IMG/VR virus record: IMGVR_UViG_3300045988_016577
Coordinates: 2 to 32,001 of that record
DNA from: a virus
Strand: one strand, 5' to 3'
DNA length: 32,000 nucleotides
Part shown: positions 1 through 6,800 of the stretch, piece after piece
Layout: each line of letters starts with the position of its first letter
How positions within the stretch are numbered: the first letter of the stretch is position 1
Program-made: the position numbers and the translations under genes
Notes under the pieces: generated by a model
What the model was told of the DNA's origin: nothing
Databases searched by the model: none
Seen by the model: the letters and a program-made list of their open reading frames with translations, nothing else

Positions 1-426
1 GACTATAGAATTATTTTTTCAAGTTGTAGAATGATTTCAAACCACGGTATTCTGTTAGTGCGATTTAAAATGCGTATATAATAGGAAGAAAACCTATTAA
101 ATAAGGATATATGCGTGTAAGATATAGACGGTAAAACTCACATAAAGTTACTAAAGTTTACACTTATTGCCCCTTATTTGCCCCCTTTTTCATAAAAAGA
201 CTTGGCAGCATGAGCTACCAAGCGACAATAGAAAAAAACAAAAACATTCTGCACGTAATCCCCTAAAGTACATATATAGTGTCCCTCTATTTAGATTTGA
301 TGTCTAACGATATACAAAGAAGACACAAAAAAACCCGACATAAAGTCGAGCAGTTCGAGAAATTATCGAAATGATACCAAGTATTCCGTGACTATAGTAT
401 CACTTATCTACGGAAATCACAAACAT

Positions 427-458
427 AAAAAAGAGCTATGAGATAACCTCGTAGCTCT
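427..458 (-). terminator. Rho-independent terminator-like hairpin, second of two tandem terminators downstream of the lysin gene
   Basis: Plus-strand agagctatgag (432-442) and ctcgtagctct (448-458) form an 11-bp stem (one G.U) with a 5-nt loop. Read on the minus strand, the stem is followed by the U-run encoded by the a-run 427-432. Confidence 0.5.
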
Positions 459-491
459 TTGCCTATGATGGATAGATATATTATACCAAAT

Positions 492-519
492 AAAAAAAGC
501 CCCAGCAAATGCTAGGGCT
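492..519 (-). terminator. Rho-independent terminator of the lysis cassette
   Basis: agccccagc (498-506) and gctagggct (511-519) form a stem (one mismatch) with a 4-nt loop. On the minus strand it is followed by U7, encoded by a492-a498. It lies about 95 nt downstream of the endolysin stop. Confidence 0.6.
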
Positions 520-614
520 TCGACCACTACCACCATGATTTCCGAACTGTGGTCTGTCGGGAGGTGATATACTCCTTTTTATTTTATTTTGATTCGTGGT
601 CTGTTATTTACATT

Positions 615-1361
615 TTAGGCGAATGAACCGAATGACGTTACACGACGACCATTTTCTGATTGTCCGACTGCAACATAGCGACGATTACCAGACCCGCCAA
701 TGTAACTGATCCAGATATAGCCGTCAACATCACACCAGCCATCATAGTTGATAGTTTCACCGGCTCCATAGACTGCCACGATTTCAGCGCCTAGACCGGC
801 ACCAGCTCGAACGTTAAGAGCTGATACTTCAACCGTGAATGTCCCGGTTTCCTCGTTGATAGTAATTATACCATCAAACGGGGCTGGGGTTGGTGCAGGG
901 GATTGTGATTGGTTGTCCGTTGGGAAATAGAACCAGCCTACAATGCCATCAAAATTACGTGTGTTGTAACGAGCGGGACCACCGACATATAAGCTATCAG
1001 CGTTGCCGTCAATATTTTGCTCGATGGTTCGCATGGTGTAGCCGTCTGAATCTTCGATAACCAAGCCAGTGTGGCCGTATGAATGCCCTGCGATGTAAGT
1101 GGTATCCATGACGAATACAGCCCCACGACGTGGACGGCTGTCGAGGTTGCCTTCTTGGTTGTACTCGACCTCGTAGCCTGCTGCTGCCGCTGAGTTTAGC
1201 AAGTCAATGGCGTTACCCCAAAGAGCACGGCCAAAGAAGTTAATTGAGATAGAGTTAGGCAGGTCAACGCATTGTGTCCCCCACGATCCATCTGCATCAG
1301 TACCGACGCCGGCGTTAGCTAGATTTTCTGCGAATAGAATGATGTCATTATCTGTTGCCAT
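615..1361 (-). CDS. Endolysin: N-terminal CHAP amidase/peptidase domain, Pro/Ser/Thr linker, C-terminal SH3b-like cell-wall-binding domain
   Basis: 248-aa ORF. CHAP-type catalytic Cys context (WGTQCVDL) and His context (YGHTGLVI). Linker QSQSPAPTPAP. SH3b-like C-terminus (VRAGAGLGAEIVAVY...GYIWISY). Strong SD AAGGAGG 8 nt upstream of the ATG. It is the last gene of the late operon. Confidence 0.9.
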   Translation of the reverse strand: MATDNDIILFAENLANAGVGTDADGSWGTQCVDLPNSISINFFGRALWGNAIDLLNSAAAAGYEVEYNQEGNLDSRPRRGAVFVMDTTYIAGHSYGHTGLVIEDSDGYTMRTIEQNIDGNADSLYVGGPARYNTRNFDGIVGWFYFPTDNQSQSPAPTPAPFDGIITINEETGTFTVEVSALNVRAGAGLGAEIVAVYGAGETINYDGWCDVDGYIWISYIGGSGNRRYVAVGQSENGRRVTSFGSFA

Positions 1362-1379
1362 ATAGTAGGCCTCCTTAAA

Positions 1380-1652
1380 TTATTTTTGAATAGCTTGTTT
1401 AATCTCCGAAAGCGTTCTTTCCAATTCTTCGACTTTCTGTTTTAAAGTCTCAATTTCGCTTGTAGGTAATTGAGATTTTGTTACAAGTGGGTCTTCCGCC
1501 CATTTGTTTTGCTCTACAACCTGTTGGAAAAAGTTATTATAAGTCGGAAATAACCCATACGCTTGGCTGATAGACAAGGATGAAGATTGTTTATCTTTAA
1601 TTTCCTTGATATCGTTCCCGACCGCTTGAGCAAATTCTGTGAACTTACTCAT
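1380..1652 (-). CDS. Hypothetical small phage protein, N-terminal paralog of 1657..1986
   Basis: 90-aa ORF. N-terminus MSKFTEFAQAVGNDIKEIK matches MSKLHDFAQAVGADIKEIK of the upstream gene. Coiled-coil-like C-terminus. Confidence 0.65.
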   Translation of the reverse strand: MSKFTEFAQAVGNDIKEIKDKQSSSLSISQAYGLFPTYNNFFQQVVEQNKWAEDPLVTKSQLPTSEIETLKQKVEELERTLSEIKQAIQK

Positions 1653-1656
1653 AGGC

Positions 1657-1986
1657 TCACGCTTTCGCTGTGTTGTATACGCTCACAAGGTCTTCTTGCT
1701 CGATGGTATCGAGACGGCCACCCAATTCGGTCATTTTCGAGATAATGCCGCTATCAGTATTGCCACCCGCTGCACTGATTTTATCAGCAATTTCTTTGAG
1801 CGTATCAAGTTCTTCCGGTGCATTACCGATGATATCAGCCTTAGCTTGCGTGATTGCGGTGTTAAGTTGGTCTTGAGTGATACCGTTAGCGGTCACTTCG
1901 CCTTTCTCAGCCTTGCCAGCTAATGCCGTTTTAATTTCCTTGATATCCGCACCCACGGCTTGGGCAAAATCGTGTAATTTACTCAT
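1657..1986 (-). CDS. Small fibre-like phage protein
   Basis: 109-aa ORF with SD AAGGA. Contains the GNAPEELDTLKEIADKI motif, which I recall from phage tail-fibre proteins. The C-terminus EDLVSVYNTAKA resembles the C-terminus of 2000..2452. Confidence 0.65.
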   Translation of the reverse strand: MSKLHDFAQAVGADIKEIKTALAGKAEKGEVTANGITQDQLNTAITQAKADIIGNAPEELDTLKEIADKISAAGGNTDSGIISKMTELGGRLDTIEQEDLVSVYNTAKA

Positions 1987-1999
1987 TTATTGTTTCCTT

Positions 2000-2452
2000 T
2001 CAAATTTTAGCTAGATTGTAGATATTAACGAGGTCTTCCGTAGTATCACTGCCACCAGTAATTAACCCAGACTCTCGCAATTCATCCGCTAGTAACTTTA
2101 ATTTAGGGCTCTTGTCCGATGGCACGACGCTATCTGCATTCAGTGAGTTCTTCACTTTGACCTTGAAATTATTAGACGGGAAAATATGTCCGTTCAGTTT
2201 AATTTCGAGGTAGTATGTTCCGGGCTCTACGACATCCCCCATGACGAATGTAAAATGTCCGTTCTCAACGGTTACATCTTGGTAGAGTGCCACCGTTTCG
2301 TCGTTTGACAGCGTGAGCTTACCAGTGCCGGACAGTTCCATGCGTTTTCCATCGTAACCCAAAATTTCAAAACCAAATACGGAAGTGGTGTCCCCAGATT
2401 TTAGGACATCACCGCCTTGAATTTGGTTGATAGAGGTCATGAGCTTAGCCAT
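2000..2452 (-). CDS. Hypothetical phage protein, beta-rich and possibly Ig-like
   Basis: 150-aa ORF with SD GAGGA 7 nt upstream. Its C-terminal motif EDLVNIYNLAKI is shared with 1657..1986. Confidence 0.65.
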   Translation of the reverse strand: MAKLMTSINQIQGGDVLKSGDTTSVFGFEILGYDGKRMELSGTGKLTLSNDETVALYQDVTVENGHFTFVMGDVVEPGTYYLEIKLNGHIFPSNNFKVKVKNSLNADSVVPSDKSPKLKLLADELRESGLITGGSDTTEDLVNIYNLAKI

Positions 2453-2455
2453 AGG

Positions 2456-2692
2456 CTAGTCCTCGCGAGGTTCGTTATAGTTTAAAGCTCGTTCACTGTC
2501 TGCAACGCCCTTGGTAGTTGGGTCAGTAACGATTCCGAGGATAACCAAAATTACAACGAAAGTATTTACACCCTCTTGGATATTGTGTGGGATATTAAGC
2601 CCGAATTGTTGCAACATCAAGAATACTGCTGAGATAAGAGCTACTAGAGTAGCTTTGTTTTGCAAACGTAGTTTAAAATTAATCATTGTCAT
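2456..2692 (-). CDS. Holin, phage phi LC3-type family
   Basis: 78-aa ORF with two hydrophobic helices and the motif DPTTKGVADSERALNYNEP, typical of phi LC3-family holins. SD AAGGAG upstream. The start could be either of two ATGs (MTM...). Confidence 0.85.
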   Translation of the reverse strand: MTMINFKLRLQNKATLVALISAVFLMLQQFGLNIPHNIQEGVNTFVVILVILGIVTDPTTKGVADSERALNYNEPRED

Positions 2693-3110
2693 TCTTCTCC
2701 TTTTCTTCTGAGTTAAGAAAAAACTTCTCTTTGTCGATATTTTTCTTAATGTATTTGTCGATATAAGGGATTTCCACCCCTAGTGCTGATAGACTAGCCA
2801 AAATACTAGATCCGTAAGCCGCAATCATGGCAAAGATAAATGTATCTAGGACACCACCTAAATTCATGAATACTGCGAACGGATAGAAGATGGCTACAAA
2901 CGTAATCATGGCTGTATGACTGACTAGCCCTTTACGAAATTTAGAGCTTGAAAACTCATGAGCGGCCCAAGCCCTGGACACACCAATAACGATATCGCTG
3001 AAAATGATAATCATGAGCAGGAACACCCATAAATGCTCATCGATACCGTGTGCATAGAAGTCTCTGACCACATCGAAAACCCCAAAAATACCGTCTGGTT
3101 TCTGTGCCAT
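2679..3110 (-). CDS. Holin-like membrane protein (Phage_holin_4-like, 3-4 TM helices)
   Basis: Start trimmed from the ORF-track start (3137) to the ATG at 3110. That ATG has SD AAGGAG 5 nt upstream and overlaps the stop of the preceding ORF (TGATG). The protein is strongly hydrophobic. Confidence 0.75.
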   Translation of the reverse strand: MAQKPDGIFGVFDVVRDFYAHGIDEHLWVFLLMIIIFSDIVIGVSRAWAAHEFSSSKFRKGLVSHTAMITFVAIFYPFAVFMNLGGVLDTFIFAMIAAYGSSILASLSALGVEIPYIDKYIKKNIDKEKFFLNSEEKEKNDND

Positions 3111-3403
3111 CAATTCTCCTTCGGTTTGAATAGCCATGCAGTAGCAACCCCATTATTTTCTAACTTGCCACCTTTTGCGAAATCTGAGAATGGTTGATTT
3201 TCGTAAGTGAAAGACCCGTTAACTTGGATAAGTACCAGTTTGCCTTCTCCATCCACTTCTTCGTGGTCTGGGGCTTCGATAGCAAAGATATCCCCAGCGT
3301 TGAATACATCGCTTTTTTTAGCGACTGGCAACAATTCCAAGTATTGCTTGTAGATTGTGCCGTACTGGATATTCTGACTCATTACCGCATTGAGGATGGA
3401 CAC
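3110..3403 (-). CDS. Hypothetical phage protein, possibly the C-terminal part of a frameshifted gene with 3318..3635
   Basis: 97-aa ORF starting at a GTG with no SD. It overlaps the upstream ORF by 86 nt in another frame. See finding. Confidence 0.45.
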   Translation of the reverse strand: MSILNAVMSQNIQYGTIYKQYLELLPVAKKSDVFNAGDIFAIEAPDHEEVDGEGKLVLIQVNGSFTYENQPFSDFAKGGKLENNGVATAWLFKPKEN

Positions 3404-3635
3404 GTTGGCAATTTTCTGACTTGGCTTGATAGCGTGCCAATGCCCCTGCGGGGTCCAACTCAGTCGCTAAGATATCCAAGATAAGCTGGATTTTAGCTTC
3501 ATCCGTCTTGCTTGTGTGGTCGCCCGGAACATCACGGGTCAACCACGTCGAGCCATCTTTGGACTGGATAGCAATCCTCGTAGTTGTCGGGTTGGTCAAA
3601 TAGCTTGATGTGACACTGAAATTAGATTTGTTCAT
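3318..3635 (-). CDS. Hypothetical phage protein, possibly the N-terminal part of a frameshifted gene
   Basis: 105-aa ORF. The first ~74 aa look protein-like. The last ~31 aa (NCQRVHPQCGNESEYPVRHN...) have the atypical composition of an out-of-frame read. Confidence 0.5.
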   Translation of the reverse strand: MNKSNFSVTSSYLTNPTTTRIAIQSKDGSTWLTRDVPGDHTSKTDEAKIQLILDILATELDPAGALARYQAKSENCQRVHPQCGNESEYPVRHNLQAILGIVASR

Positions 3636-3849
3636 TGCCAGCTCCTTTCTGTGCTACCTCATTAAAGAGGTCGTTAAGGTCTGAATCAGACGCTAGTACA
3701 TCTCGATAATGCTCTAGTTGCGATTTAACTTGCTCAAGTTCGCTAACTGTTGCCTGCAAGCGAGCCTTAAACTCAGCTTTCTCAATCGTCAAATTAGCGT
3801 TCTGACTTGCGATATCTTGAATCATTGAAGTGTAAATTTGTTCGTTCAT
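3622..3849 (-). CDS. Small coiled-coil phage protein
   Basis: 75-aa ORF directly downstream of the Tal gene, with heptad-like composition. Confidence 0.6.
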   Translation of the reverse strand: MNEQIYTSMIQDIASQNANLTIEKAEFKARLQATVSELEQVKSQLEHYRDVLASDSDLNDLFNEVAQKGAGNEQI

Positions 3850-3860
3850 TAGTTCTCCTT

Positions 3861-6800
3861 TTACCAGTGGGAAATTTTGCTAAAATGTGCTTTCTCTGCT
3901 TTAAGTGCATTGATGAAGTTAGGATGTTTAACGTCGTTCCCTGCATTTAAGAAGTGTTGCCAGACTCTAGCGAGCGCCGCAGCGGCAAACGCTAGGTTGT
4001 TGATGTTAATCCAACGTCCTATTGGCAAATCGGAAGAGTGGAAAGAGTATCCACGATTTACGTCAAACGAGTCCTTTAAATAGATGTTGTCACCGTAGAG
4101 TTCCGATTGATCTAGCACTGCATCGTGCTCCAAGCCTCTTGCAGCACGATATACCCGAAGCCCAGCAAAACGCCCGGATGATGCTGAATTAATTCCATCT
4201 CCAGAAGACGTTACCCCTATCGAAGCAAATAAGGACCCGACACCTTTGTCCTCACTTGCCGGAACGTCGTTGAAGTGAATGAATGCTGTATGTGGTCCTT
4301 TTTTTCGAAAAATAGCGTTTGTCTCATTATGAAATTCAATCTTTGCATTGTCGTAGAAGTGCATCTCTGAGCCGTTTAGATCTACCCTCATCGCTCCGTT
4401 AAGGGCTTCTATTCTGCCTCCTCGATAATTAAGACCAGTAAACGTGCCACTAGTAACGCTTGAAGCGTTTAGATTGACAACATCAACCAGTGAAGCGTTT
4501 AAGCGCCCGCTAGTGATTTTACTTGCTGATAATTCTCCAATTTTAGCCGAGCTAATGACACCATCTTCGATGTAAGTAGAACCAGTGATTTGAACCAATT
4601 TACCGTCGATTTTAACCGAGCCGTCTTTGTTAAGATTGATTTGGTTGAGTACATCCCCCGACCTTGTTAGGTTCTTGACAGCCCATGAACCAGCAATCTG
4701 GGACATTTCGGATTTAGTAGCTTCTAACCCGGTGTCTAGCTTGTCTAGTTGCTTGTTAGTGACACCGAGATTAAACGCCCACTTATCCTCTAGGTTCTCC
4801 ACCTTCCAAACTGTACCCTTGGCATCTTGGATAATCTGAGAAATAGACTGCCCATGTTCGCCAATGGTACGGCTGAAACTGTCAACGGTTGACTTGATTT
4901 CGTTGAACTTGACTGTTACCTCTTGACTTGCGTCTTTTGGAGACGGTTGCCAAGCACGGTCCATAGTTCCCTCGTAGCAATCAAGCTCGGTGAAGAATAG
5001 CAACGACTTACTGCCGTTTGTCGTACCCGTATTATCGACACGGATGAAACCTTCATCACAGTCTCCGGAGTTAAAAGTGAAGTGAAATTTCTTAACACCG
5101 CTTGTTGATGGCGAACCGTCAAAGTGTTTGATATTGACAACCTTGCTAAAATCTTTGGTTTCGTTTGACTTGCGCCCAAGGAAATAGATATCCATCCCCT
5201 TTAGGTTGCCGCCTGCCAAAATTGAAATATTAAGAGAATAGTTAGTATTTCGCTTCACTGGAAATCTCAGCGTAGCGCTAGGCGTTGTTGTTGTTGTTGT
5301 TGAAAGCAAAAACAACGGCTTAGAACCGTTGTAATAGAGTGAATGACTTGATATAGATAGATTCGAGTTAGGTTGCGTAGCTACCCAATAGCCCCAGCCG
5401 TCCAGGTTGTCCGGAAATGCTGAGTTACGGATCAAGTTCTCACCACCAACAGAAAGCGTGTCAATTGACGGAATCTGCTTTTTGACCTCGCTAATAAGCT
5501 GCGTTGTCCCTTGCTCAGACTGTTGGATAAGGTTAGTTACAGCCGTAGCCGTCGCAAAACCTTTGTTATCGACCAATCTGTTGACGTCAGACTCTTTCAA
5601 AAAGCCTTTGCTATCAATAGCGCTGTCTAGGTCAACCCTAGAAAGTTTAGTTTCAATCTTTCCAGCTAACGTGCCGATCTGAGTTTCGGCGTTAGTGACT
5701 TTATTTCCAAGATTGTCAAAATCGACTCTCGAAACTTTTTGGGCGATGGAATCTGCTGTAACACGCAATTCTGCATTAGTCTGGTTGATTTTACGCTCTA
5801 ACTCTTGACCTTTGGAAGCCGCACTATCAGCCGTAGCTTTGGCAGCTTGAACTTCTGTTCTATCCGCTTTCAAACTGATTTTATTATCAGTCTGAGTGAT
5901 TGCGGTACTATTAGCCGCTACGCTCTTAGACAGTTTGTCAAAATCAGTTTTCGATACCTTCGATGAAACTTCACCGACCAATTGATTGACCTCGGTTTCA
6001 GCGTTAGTCATGCGGCTATCTGTTTCAGATTGTTTCTGAGATAGCTGACTGACACCCTGCTCGGTCTGTGTAATCGTTGTTTTAACCGTGCTTATTTCGG
6101 CTTCGGTGTCTTCTGGCGCTACTGTGTGCTGCAAAGGGATAAGCGCCCCTCTGACCAACATAGGCGGTTTGATTTTTAAATAGCCGTTTCTAATAACTGT
6201 AATATAGAATGGCCATTCACCGAGTGTGATGTCCTTGCCGGCAGTAAAAATCAGCTTAACGTCAAACCATTCATTTTTTAAGTCTGTGGGCACATTGAAC
6301 GCAACCAGATTGTCATTGTTTTTATGATTCTTAATGATAATCATAGCGCCACGATCAATGTCTACCCCGCTATCAATGTAAACCGGAACCAAGAGCGAGA
6401 ATGTTTCACCAGCTTTGATTTCTGGGATAGCCATGTCCCATGAGATACCACCATAAACATCATTTGAATAGCTGTGAGACTTGATTAGGAATGATTGCCC
6501 GTCAGTAGTAGTAGTAGTAGTATTTCCACTTCCTCCAGGCTGTCGGTGTAGATTCTCGAAATCTGCTGATTTCAAAATCAAGTTACGACTGCCAAAGTCT
6601 GTCGGGATCTTGCTGTCCACACGGCTAATCTCAGTAGTGATTTTATTTCCTAGCTGAGTAATTGAGCTCTCAGCCGTCGCAAGTCTCTGGGTAGCATTGT
6701 TAAAATCACTTGTCTTCACTCGTTGGCTAATCTCGTTAGCTTGTTGAGTAATGCGGCTTTCAGCGTTCAATACTCGATTATTGACGTTGTCAAGCTCTTG

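Noticed and set aside
520-614. Small ORFs downstream of the lysin: a 9-aa plus-strand ORF, and a ~43-aa minus-strand ORF starting at the ATG near 536 and running downstream through both terminators to about 415
   Set aside because: There is no properly spaced SD. The minus-strand ORF runs through both terminator hairpins, so it is more likely non-coding.
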